Assembly (NCBI GenBank): GCA_963718915.1
Contig: CAVRAI010000007.1
Coordinates: 330,001-362,000, forward strand
DNA from: an uncultured Chloroflexia bacterium
GTDB taxonomy: Bacteria > Chloroflexota > Ktedonobacteria > Ktedonobacterales > JADMIN01
Length of the DNA: 32,000 nucleotides
Direction: 5' to 3'
In this document: one piece after another, positions 16,395-23,428 of the stretch
Numbering within the stretch: position 1 is the stretch's first letter
Layout: every line of letters begins with the position of its first letter
Notes under the pieces: generated by a model
What the model was told of the DNA's origin: nothing
The model's database searches: none
The model's input: only the letters and a program-made list of their open reading frames with translations
Made by a program: the position numbers and the translations under genes

Positions 16395-16479
16395 GGGCAG
16401 GAGCAGGTTCGCGGAATATACGGCTTCACCGATTGCCTGGAATACTTCGACGTGAGCGAAAGCAGAAATAATCGAGCTT

Positions 16480-16670
16480 CGCGGCATGATGTACTTTTAC
16501 CATGTACGACGGACACGGGCATTGCGGTGGGGTGAGCAAGCCGGAGCGTAAACGCTTCGGCGAATGGGATTGGGAGGCGGAAAATTCGCCGTAGCATTCA
16601 TGCTACAGTCTCCCTCGCCTACCACAACGTAGGGTGTTCCGAAGAAAAAGTAAAAGCACATCATGCCGCG
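16480..16670. repeat. hairpin-ended ~190-nt repeat element, copy A (candidate structured ncRNA or MITE-like element)
   Basis: The terminal arms 16480-16516 and 16634-16670 are inverted repeats; the outer 21 nt are complementary with one mismatch. The core shares identical 28-nt and 25-nt blocks with copy B, including the hairpin GTAGCA-TTCA-TGCTAC (16591-16606) and the stem CGGCGAAT / ATTCGCCG. Confidence 0.75.
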
Positions 16671-16770
16671 GCTAATCCCCTTTTGTGCGACACTCGCTCT
16701 TATAAAGAAGGGATACGCGCGAGTCTGGATTTTCCGTAGGTCTTCAGCCTGTGGCCTGGTAGCTACACGA

Positions 16771-16800
16771 AATCGGCTACCTCGCCGCGAGTAACCGATT
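16771..16800 (-). terminator. hairpin at the methyltransferase stop codon (candidate terminator)
   Basis: On the minus strand, AAUCGGUUAC-N10-GUAGCCGAUU forms a 10-bp stem with one G-U pair, followed by UUUCGUGU. Confidence 0.3.
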
Positions 16801-17620
16801 AGTTCGGCTGGCTCGCCGTGATGGCGAAGAGCATCGGCAGGGTGTTCGCTGGTGTGGGCCAGCGCCACCAGCCATCGTCGCCTTGCGCCAGGCAGGAAAA
16901 CCGCTGATAGTGCGCCAGCGGAAACTCATCGAGGCGCTCGATGCGCAGCCCCGCCTGAATCAGCGCGTTCACAACCTCGCCCAGGCTATAGCGCCAGATG
17001 TAGACGGACTGCGGCGCGTCCGTCGCGGCCTCCTCCGAATCCGGCAGTCCGCGCATCTCCTCAACCTGCGGCTCTGCGGAATGGAAGTACGAGCCGTGGA
17101 CGCGAAAGCTCATGCCATCCGAATCCACAGACTCCAGCATCATTGCGCATGGATGCATCTCAACCAGCAGGAACGTTCCGCCAGGGCGGACGTAGCGCGC
17201 GGCAATCGCGGCCCAGCGCGACAGATCGGGGAGCCAGCAGAGCGCGCCATACGAGGAAAAGACGATGTCGAACTGCTCATCCAGCACAGCGGGCAAGTCG
17301 TAGAGATCGCTGCGGAGGAATTGGGCGGGTACCCCCGTTTCGACGGCCAGTGCGCGCGCCTGAGCGATGGCAGCGTCCGAGATATCGACGCCAGTGACAC
17401 CTGCGCCGAGACGCGCCCAGGAGATTGTGTCGCTCCCCATGTTGCATTGCAGGTGCAGCAGGGTTCGCCCGCGCACGTCGCCGAGCGCATCCCGCTCGAT
17501 GGAGCGCAGTGTCAGCCCACCTGCGCGAACGGTCGCCACAGCGCGATGGTGATCCGACTCCAACTGAGTCAGCGTCATCGCGTTCCAGAGCGCCCGGTTT
17601 GATGCGAGATAGTCGGTCAT
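16799..17620 (-). CDS. class I SAM-dependent methyltransferase
   Basis: 273 aa. Motifs include 'LLHLQCNMGSDTISWARLGAGVTGVDISDAAIAQA', 'FDIVFSSYGALCWLPD' and 'VRPGGTFLLVEMHP'. Confidence 0.85.
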   Translation of the reverse strand: MTDYLASNRALWNAMTLTQLESDHHRAVATVRAGGLTLRSIERDALGDVRGRTLLHLQCNMGSDTISWARLGAGVTGVDISDAAIAQARALAVETGVPAQFLRSDLYDLPAVLDEQFDIVFSSYGALCWLPDLSRWAAIAARYVRPGGTFLLVEMHPCAMMLESVDSDGMSFRVHGSYFHSAEPQVEEMRGLPDSEEAATDAPQSVYIWRYSLGEVVNALIQAGLRIERLDEFPLAHYQRFSCLAQGDDGWWRWPTPANTLPMLFAITASQPN

Positions 17621-17637
17621 GTAGGGTCATCCTTCAG

Positions 17638-17667
17638 TATGCGGCGTTATGCGGCGTTATGCGGCGT
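17638..17667. repeat. perfect tandem repeat (TATGCGGCGT) x3
   Basis: Three 10-bp units lie 18 nt upstream of the methyltransferase start codon, which is on the minus strand. Confidence 0.9.
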
Positions 17668-17770
17668 TCAAAGACCATTGCCCCGCGCTCTCTCAGCGCT
17701 ATGCTCCATTCTCATCCGCACTGGCGCGCATGGCAGTTGTACGCCAGATAGGCCAGCTATTCTCCATGGA

Positions 17771-17813
17771 GTGACGCACGTCACTTGACACCTGTGCGCC
17801 AGCTTCTTATCAT
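17771..17813 (+). promoter_or_regulatory. palindrome GTGACG-CA-CGTCAC abutting a near-consensus promoter (TTGACA-17 nt-TATCAT)
   Basis: Palindrome at 17771-17784, -35 box at 17785-17790, -10 box at 17808-17813. The promoter is about 108 nt upstream of the 17922 start. Confidence 0.5.
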
Positions 17814-17921
17814 TGGCAGGCGCATCTGATTGCTATGGGTCGGTATGATGGTTGTATGACACAGGTGACACGCGCATCTGCTCATGGCATGGAAAACAGC
17901 ATTTGAAGAGGAGTTATCCTG

Positions 17922-18971
17922 GTGAGAACAGAGGGTGGCCCAGCGCCACATGTCTTTATTCTGGCTGGCTCGAAACGTCAGGGTTCATTACAGTATTTCG
18001 ACGCGGTGACGCTCCAGACGGCTGGCGCCACATTCCGCGGCGAGACCGAGGTTGGGCGGACATCCGATATGGTCGTCTACTCCGATGGCAGCGCCGAGGG
18101 TAATGCCTCAGCCCAGGCCGTGCTCCAGTCCGCCGAGGCTGACTTCAAGGCGGTGCAGGCGTGGTTTGGCGGCCTCACGCTCCCCGCGGGACAAGACGGC
18201 GACGACCAGAACACCCCACGCACAGCCACGCCATGCCAGGTACTGGTAGATGCCCAGGCGGGCGGCGCGTACCATTTTGGCTGCGACGCCACCGACATCT
18301 ACATCCAGCCCGACCCCTCGCTGGCCAACGGCTTCATGGTCGCGGAGTTGGTGGAGATTTTCGAGGCTGCGGCGAATAACGGCTGGGCCTGTGGCAACAC
18401 CAACGGCGAGGGTCTCTCGCGCGTGCTGGCGGGCGAGCGCAACGCCAATCTCGCGCCCGACTTCGCCCAGACGATCCAGGCATGGTGGAGCGCTGGCCAC
18501 GCCGACTACGTCAACAACAATAGCGCGACCGATCAGGATGAGAACAGCAACGGCTGCGCAACGATCTTCCTCTACTACCTGCATAGCCAGCTTGGCTTCG
18601 ACTGGACAAAGATCGTGAGCACCGGCGGCTCGACGCTTGGCGAGACGTATCAGCGGCTGACAGGCAAGTCTGGCGCGGACGGCTTCAACGACTTCGTCTC
18701 CCGCGTCGCGACGCTCGAACAGGGCGGCCAGCTGGCGTTACCCACCAATAGCAATCCGTTCCCGATTGGCGCGACCGGTGACCCAGGCCCCAGTGGCCAG
18801 CCCGGCGGCTCGACCGGGACATCCGATCCGGGCGGCGTGCAGGGCATCCCGCTGCCGACTGACGTGAACAGCGCTATTGGCATGGTCGGCATGGTCGTCA
18901 TCGTCCTGGCGATCATCGCGGTGATCGTGCTGATTCTCAACGCCACCGGAACGATTCACATCCTGGGGTGA
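17922..18971 (+). CDS. hypothetical protein with a C-terminal TM anchor, unknown function
   Basis: 349 aa, GTG start with GAGGAG upstream. There is no N-terminal signal peptide. A Gly/Pro-rich linker, 'GDPGPSGQPGGSTGTSDPGG', precedes a single C-terminal TM helix, 'IGMVGMVVIVLAIIAVIVLIL'. Confidence 0.6.
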   Translation: MRTEGGPAPHVFILAGSKRQGSLQYFDAVTLQTAGATFRGETEVGRTSDMVVYSDGSAEGNASAQAVLQSAEADFKAVQAWFGGLTLPAGQDGDDQNTPRTATPCQVLVDAQAGGAYHFGCDATDIYIQPDPSLANGFMVAELVEIFEAAANNGWACGNTNGEGLSRVLAGERNANLAPDFAQTIQAWWSAGHADYVNNNSATDQDENSNGCATIFLYYLHSQLGFDWTKIVSTGGSTLGETYQRLTGKSGADGFNDFVSRVATLEQGGQLALPTNSNPFPIGATGDPGPSGQPGGSTGTSDPGGVQGIPLPTDVNSAIGMVGMVVIVLAIIAVIVLILNATGTIHILG

Positions 18972-18975
18972 GCAG

Positions 18976-19155
18976 ACCTCTCCCGGCCTTCGGCCACCCG
19001 CCCTTCGGGCCGCTGCCGCTCCGCGCGGCTCGTCGCGCGCTTCTCGCCTCGTGCCTCGGCTCGCGCGTCAGCCCCCTACAAGGGGAGGGACTGGGCGGCC
19101 ATCACGGCGCGGGGCGAGCATCGGTCTGCTTTTAGGGAGGGGTCGGGGGAGAGGG
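18976..19155. repeat. GC-rich convergent intergenic element with C-tract/G-tract inverted ends
   Basis: CCTCTCCC at 18976-18983 is complementary to GGGAGAGG at 19148-19155. Internal mini-hairpins include GGCC-TTC-GGCC, CCC-TTC-GGG and CCCCT-ACA-AGGGG. Confidence 0.3.
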
Positions 19156-19164
19156 TGGTAGCCG

Positions 19165-20124
19165 CTAGTGGACGAAGACGACGCCCGCGGCGGGGTCAAC
19201 GTGGGCGTAGCGGTAATCCACCTTGCCAAAGCCGCCGCCGCGCCACTCGAAGTTCATTTCGGTGATGAGCAGCCAGTAGTGGTCTGGCGCGACGGCGACC
19301 ACCTGCGCCCAGTGGCCCGCCGAGCTGGCCCCCTGCTGATTTGGCGGAAACCACATCGCCGAGCCGACGACGGCTGTTGTCGTGCGCGCATACTCCGCGC
19401 CGTACAGGATGTCCTGCTGCTTGGGATGGAGCGCCTCAACCCACCAGTTGCAGTAGCCGAAGGTGCTTGGCGCGGTATATTGCGTCCGGTTGGGCGTGTA
19501 GATCGTGGCGTAGCAGCCCGGTGGGACGGTCCATTCCGAGATGTTGGGCACGAACATATAGCTGTCGTGGCAGGGCTGGCCATTGGTATTGGGCGTCTGG
19601 TTTGCCAGCGCCGTCTGCTGCGAGGTCTGGGCTGGCGCGGGCGTTGGCTGCATGGCGACACTGACCGCGCGGCTGATGCTGTTGGCCAGCAGATCATTCC
19701 CGCTGAAACAGGATGTGGCGCCAGTAGCAGATGTTTTCTGCCCGGCGCAAGATGCCTTCGTCGTGCTGGCGACGTTGGTATGTAACGTATTGGCGCCCGC
19801 ATTCATGGGGCGAAGCTGCGTGGCAATGCCAATTGCCGCCGCCAGCGCCACCACACCGCACGCCACCAGCACGCGCGCGCCACGCAGAGCAATCAATCTG
19901 CCGAAGAGGCTTGCTATCCACCACTGTCCCAGAAGTTTCCTCCTTCTGTGCTGCTTCCCCGCATGCCTCAGGTACGTCCTGTACCTGAACGACTTTACAA
20001 GCTGGCGTAGGTATCCGTCGAGGCCTGTGGGACTTTCTTCCGGGGCTGCGTCGCGCGATATACTGAATGCATCGGATATTCCAGCCATGCGCGTTCCATT
20101 CACGTCCGCGAGTGTGGTGACCAA
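19165..20124 (-). CDS. membrane-anchored CHAP-domain protein (putative peptidoglycan amidase/peptidase)
   Basis: An N-terminal cytoplasmic segment and the TM helix '[17 protein letters not shown]' are followed by a Ser/Thr/Ala/Gln linker. The C-terminal domain carries CHAP-like Cys and His contexts, '[10 protein letters not shown]' and '[11 protein letters not shown]'. Confidence 0.65.
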   Translation of the reverse strand: MVTTLADVNGTRMAGISDAFSISRDAAPEESPTGLDGYLRQLVKSFRYRTYLRHAGKQHRRRKLLGQWWIASLFGRLIALRGARVLVACGVVALAAAIGIATQLRPMNAGANTLHTNVASTTKASCAGQKTSATGATSCFSGNDLLANSISRAVSVAMQPTPAPAQTSQQTALANQTPNTNGQPCHDSYMFVPNISEWTVPPGCYATIYTPNRTQYTAPSTFGYCNWWVEALHPKQQDILYGAEYARTTTAVVGSAMWFPPNQQGASSAGHWAQVVAVAPDHYWLLITEMNFEWRGGGFGKVDYRYAHVDPAAGVVFVH

Positions 20125-20177
20125 TCTGTCATCAAACCGCGCCCAGGCGTCTATCTATCAGACCGAGGAGTGCTTCT

Positions 20178-20816
20178 ATGGGATTCGCGGATCTCCGCAA
20201 AGAGTATATGCAGCGCGGACTTGAGGTGAGCGACGTGGACGCCGACCCGTTCCGCCAGTTCGCGGCGTGGTTCGACGAGGCGCGCGCGGCGGCGCCCATT
20301 GAGCCGAACGCCATGGCGCTGGCGACGGTCGGCGCGGATGGGCGGCCCTCGCTACGGATGGTGTTGCTCAAAGGGGCGGACGAGCACGGCTTCGTCTTCT
20401 ACACGAACTATGAGAGCCGCAAAGGCCGCGAGTTGGGGGATACGCCCTGGGCGGCTTTAACATTCTTCTGGCCTGAGATGGAGCGCCAGATTCGCATCGA
20501 GGGGCGCGTCGAGCCGGTCTCGGCGGAGGAGTCCGACGCCTACTTTCATAGCCGCCCCGTCGGCAGCCAGCTTAGCGCCAGCGCCTCGCGACAGAGCGCG
20601 GTGATCGCCGGACGCGAGGAGTTGGAGCAGCGGGTCGCCGCATTGAGCGCGCAGTATCAGAACCAGGAGATTCCGCGTCCGGAGAACTGGGGCGGCTTCC
20701 GCGTCATCCCCGACGCCATCGAGTTCTGGCAGGGTCGCGCAAACCGTCTGCACGACCGACTGCGCTACCGGCTGCTCGCCAGTGGTGGCTGGCAGATCGA
20801 GCGCCTCTCGCCGTGA
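20178..20816 (+). CDS. pdxH: pyridoxamine 5'-phosphate oxidase
   Basis: Matching segments include '[13 protein letters not shown]', '[21 protein letters not shown]', '[22 protein letters not shown]' and '[27 protein letters not shown]'. Confidence 0.95.
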   Translation: MGFADLRKEYMQRGLEVSDVDADPFRQFAAWFDEARAAAPIEPNAMALATVGADGRPSLRMVLLKGADEHGFVFYTNYESRKGRELGDTPWAALTFFWPEMERQIRIEGRVEPVSAEESDAYFHSRPVGSQLSASASRQSAVIAGREELEQRVAALSAQYQNQEIPRPENWGGFRVIPDAIEFWQGRANRLHDRLRYRLLASGGWQIERLSP

Positions 20817-20874
20817 TCGTGCAATGCGACCGATGCGGCAAAACTCATGGCAACAGGCTGGGGACGCTTCCTGC

Positions 20875-21123
20875 CTATTGCGTAGGCTCGGTAGGCTCGG
20901 TAGGCTCGGTAGGCGTCTCTGGCGTTGAGAGGGGAGCCGGGCGGTGAGTGATGCGCGTTTTGTCGGCGATGAACACCACATGCGTCTCGGCGATGCCAAA
21001 CGTCGCGGCTTTGCGGCGGGCACGTCGCCGATTCGCGGCGCGCAATGTCAGGATAATGAGGACAATGAGCAGGATGAGCAGCAGGACGGCGGCAGCCGAG
21101 GCCAGCTCGATCCAACTGGGCAT
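20875..21123 (-). CDS. small single-TM protein with a C-terminal (TEP)n repeat
   Basis: ATG 21123 has GGAGG 7 nt upstream. The TM helix is 'AAAVLLLILLIVLIILTL', followed by a basic stretch, and the protein ends 'TPETPTEPTEPTEPTQ'. Confidence 0.5.
   Translation of the reverse strand: MPSWIELASAAAVLLLILLIVLIILTLRAANRRRARRKAATFGIAETHVVFIADKTRITHRPAPLSTPETPTEPTEPTEPTQ
20882..20917. repeat. 9-bp tandem repeat (GTAGGCTCG) x3 plus one degenerate unit, in-frame within the CDS
   Basis: Units at 20882-20890, 20891-20899 and 20900-20908, followed by GTAGGCGTC. Confidence 0.9.
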
Positions 21124-21151
21124 AGAGATACCTCCGCCAGACATCAGAACA

Positions 21152-21168
21152 TATACGTAGCACGTATA
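21152..21168. promoter_or_regulatory. perfect palindrome TATACGT-AGC-ACGTATA upstream of the small TEP-repeat gene
   Basis: 7-3-7 inverted repeat, 29 nt upstream of ATG 21123. Confidence 0.3.
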
Positions 21169-21262
21169 GCCATCATATCAGGCATGGGAAGCGGGGGAGT
21201 CACCGGGCGCAAACATATGCAGACTGATTGCATTATTCCGTGAGCTGCCGAGTCTTCAGCAT

Positions 21263-21313
21263 ACAAGGGCTGGCAGCGCCCTTGTTGACATTGTTGTCTT
21301 TACAGGACATCAT
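21263..21313 (+). promoter_or_regulatory. hairpin ACAAGGGC-N7-GCCCTTGT abutting a candidate promoter (TTGACA-17 nt-CATCAT) for the GYD gene
   Basis: Stem at 21263-21270 and 21278-21285, -35 box at 21285-21290, -10-like box at 21308-21313. Confidence 0.4.
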
Positions 21314-21387
21314 TGTGAGAAGCATGGGGTCGGGCGGACAACGGAACGTGTGGTGTGCAAAGATGGATGCACAGACAGGGGCAAACC

Positions 21388-21678
21388 ATGCCAACCTACG
21401 TATCACTGATCAAGTGGACCGACCAGGGTGTGCATAACAGTAAAGATACAGTCCAGCGGGCGCAGGCCTTCCGTGGCGACCTGGAGCGTCGCGGCGGCAA
21501 GCTCCTGAGCATCTTCTGGACCCAGGGAAACTACGATATCGTCGCGACCATTGACGCCCCCGACGACCAGACGGCGATGGCCACATTGCTCGCCGTCAGT
21601 GGGCAGGGGAATGTGCGGACAGAGACCCTACGAGCGTTCAGCGAGGCCGAGATGGCGGCCATCCTTCAGAAAGTATGA
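21388..21678 (+). CDS. GYD-domain protein
   Basis: 96 aa: 'MPTYVSLIKWTDQGV..AQAFRGDLERRGGKLLSIFWTQGNYDIVATIDAPDD..A..LLAVSGQGNVRTETLRAF', the family-typical pattern. ATG 21388 is preferred over the ORF-track start at 21355. Confidence 0.8.
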   Translation: MPTYVSLIKWTDQGVHNSKDTVQRAQAFRGDLERRGGKLLSIFWTQGNYDIVATIDAPDDQTAMATLLAVSGQGNVRTETLRAFSEAEMAAILQKV

Positions 21679-21794
21679 TGTAGCAGCGCGTCGTCGGCCC
21701 AAATCCCATGCTTGCCCATGCTCGTCTCGTCCCAAGCCCGCCGCGCCACACGATGTTGCTTCACTGCACCCAGGCCTCCCGTGTGAGCAGCAGC

Positions 21795-21984
21795 GCCTTC
21801 TGATGCAGTTTTAGCATGTGCGACGGACACGGGCATTGCGGTGGGGTGCGCAGGCCGGAGCCTGAAGACCCCGGCGAATGGGCCAGAGAGGGCGGGAAAT
21901 TCGCCGTAGCATTCATGCTACGGCCCGCCTCGCCCACCACGACGTGCGGTGTTCGGCGTACATAGTAAAACCACATTATAAGGC
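21795..21984. repeat. hairpin-ended ~190-nt repeat element, copy B
   Basis: The arms 21795-21830 and 21949-21984 are 36 nt, ungapped, with 27 Watson-Crick-compatible plus 3 G:T-compatible positions. The core contains the extended hairpin GCCGTAGCA-TTCA-TGCTACGGC (21903-21924). Confidence 0.75.
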
Positions 21985-22234
21985 CATGTATAGGGCATCC
22001 TCCCGCCCGTGAACATACCTGGCAGCGCCATCGCGGGTTTTCTGAGTGTCGTCACCAGCCGTCCGCAACTTACCAGGCTGATGCGCCGCGATTTCTCTGG
22101 TACATGGGATATCTTAATCGCTATCGCATGCGCTACTGGCTTGCCAGACGTCTAATACATCAGAAAGAGCAATACGCGTACATTGCAATGCTGTCAGTGG
22201 CGGCGCCACAAGTCCGCGAGGAGCGTTTCACACG

Positions 22235-22741
22235 ATGCTGACTTCAGTGGTTCTCTTGGGCGTTCTGGCGACGCCGAGCTGGTCTCTTAGCCCGTTCACG
22301 GTGAGTAATGATGATCTGCATGCCATCGTTGGGTTGATCGCGGGCGTGGCAATCCTGTCGCTGTGGGTTGCGCTCGAACATTTCCGGCAGACGCGGCGGA
22401 GGAATCAGTCTGACACTATCCAGGTGTCTGAAGCGTCTGAGGTGAGAGAGCCTGATGCGCTGCTGGCAGCTATGCCTCCCGGCGCGGGTATTGCCGTGCC
22501 GGCACGTGCGGAGTGGCTGCTCGACGATAATACGCTGGTGCGGATGCACGCGGTACCTCGTGGCTCGCTGACTCCGCTGGCAACATCGCAGCCAGAGTCG
22601 CGGGCCATCGATACCGGCGAGCCACAGCCTGCCGCCGACGCGACAGGAACAGATCCGACCACAGCGCCGATGGGCGACAACAATGACACGGACGACACGG
22701 ACGACACGCAAGACGACACGCAAGACGACTACCCACTGTAA
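22235..22741 (+). CDS. hypothetical membrane protein with an acidic repeat tail
   Basis: The N-terminus is hydrophobic, and a TM helix 'AIVGLIAGVAILSLWVAL' follows. The C-terminus is 'DNNDTDDTDDTQDDTQDDYPL'. GAGGAG lies upstream. Confidence 0.55.
   Translation: MLTSVVLLGVLATPSWSLSPFTVSNDDLHAIVGLIAGVAILSLWVALEHFRQTRRRNQSDTIQVSEASEVREPDALLAAMPPGAGIAVPARAEWLLDDNTLVRMHAVPRGSLTPLATSQPESRAIDTGEPQPAADATGTDPTTAPMGDNNDTDDTDDTQDDTQDDYPL
22685..22729. repeat. in-frame micro-tandem repeats (GACACGGAC x2, GACACGCAAGAC x2)
   Basis: Units at 22685-22693, 22694-22702, 22703-22714 and 22715-22726. Confidence 0.85.
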
Positions 22742-22759
22742 CAGGGTTATTCGTTATGG

Positions 22760-23230
22760 TTAAGTGAGGATCCACACGCGGTCGGAGCCGCACAGGCGCG
22801 GTGGCCCCCATCGTGCCATTGAACGGGGTGGCATGAAGCGCGAGGTTGGGATAGGAGATGTGCGGAGCCAACAAACACCCCGAGCACCTGGAATCGTCAC
22901 ATTAGCCAGATAGGCCCGCACATTCTCAGCAGTAAAGGGCCTGTTGTACGATATGTCGGGCACAGGTACGCGTTTATGAGAGGACGCTTGCCACAGAGGA
23001 TGTGATTGCGCGGCGAACGTCGTATATGCTGCATCAAGGACCGAGACTGGCGCGATAGTCTGGAAGGGAAAGGCGCTCGCGAATGGATGGTAAGCGCGCA
23101 CAGCAGAGATCACGGCAACTGACACCGAGTCGGCCCAACGAAAATCGTCTGGCCGAGGATCGGGCAGGTCGTGGTACGCGCTCGTCATCCTCGGACGCCA
23201 GAGACAGGGACGGTCGCCGTCGTGGCACAT
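22760..23230 (-). CDS. hypothetical ORF, possibly a decayed gene
   Basis: This is the only ORF of at least 60 aa in the 690-nt gap. The first ~100 aa look protein-like ('..FTAENVRAYLANVTIPG'). The last ~45 aa are Arg/Pro/Trp-rich and look like out-of-frame sequence. Confidence 0.25.
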   Translation of the reverse strand: MCHDGDRPCLWRPRMTSAYHDLPDPRPDDFRWADSVSVAVISAVRAYHPFASAFPFQTIAPVSVLDAAYTTFAAQSHPLWQASSHKRVPVPDISYNRPFTAENVRAYLANVTIPGARGVCWLRTSPIPTSRFMPPRSMARWGPPRLCGSDRVWILT

Positions 23231-23428
23231 TTGGCGAGCGCATGCGCGACTTCACCGGGCGGATGCCGCTGGTGGGACGTGTCACGGGATACGGGCGTCG
23301 GCAACGCCATATTGACCGCGAGTGGGAAGAAGCCTCAATGGCGGGTAGCTGGGATGTGGCTGAGCCATTCCACGATGGGCCTCCCCCGGATAGGTATGAT
23401 GGCCCTCCTGGTGGCATGGGAGCCGACG

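Noticed and set aside
16480-16670. Assigning the repeat element to a known class: 6S RNA, a retron msr/msd, a hammerhead or other small ribozyme, or an IS200/IS605 end or omega-RNA.
   Set aside because: A long closing helix is compatible with 6S RNA or a retron. However, the core is multi-branched rather than a single bubble, no RT, TnpA or TnpB gene is nearby, and no CUGAUGA/GAAA hammerhead core is present. I cannot support any of these without a covariance-model search, so the element is left unassigned.
16497-16868. ORFs 16497..16868(-) and 21761..21976(-) share the peptide 'SMNATANFPP', which could suggest a small conserved protein.
   Set aside because: The similarity is at the nucleotide level, in blocks separated by indels that shift the frame between the copies. 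The flanking 'protein' sequence is unrelated. The region is better explained as the non-coding hairpin-ended repeat.
17638-17667. Whether the short tandem repeats at 17638-17667, 20882-20917 and 22685-22729 are CRISPR-like arrays.
   Set aside because: The units are 9-12 bp and directly abutting, with no spacers, and two of the three lie inside coding sequence. No cas genes are present.
23171-23428. The ORF-track start at 23171 for the 816-aa protein.
   Set aside because: The first 86 codons look non-coding and overlap the opposite-strand ORF. ATG 23429 has a GGGAG ribosome-binding site and yields the expected basic N-terminus plus TM anchor.
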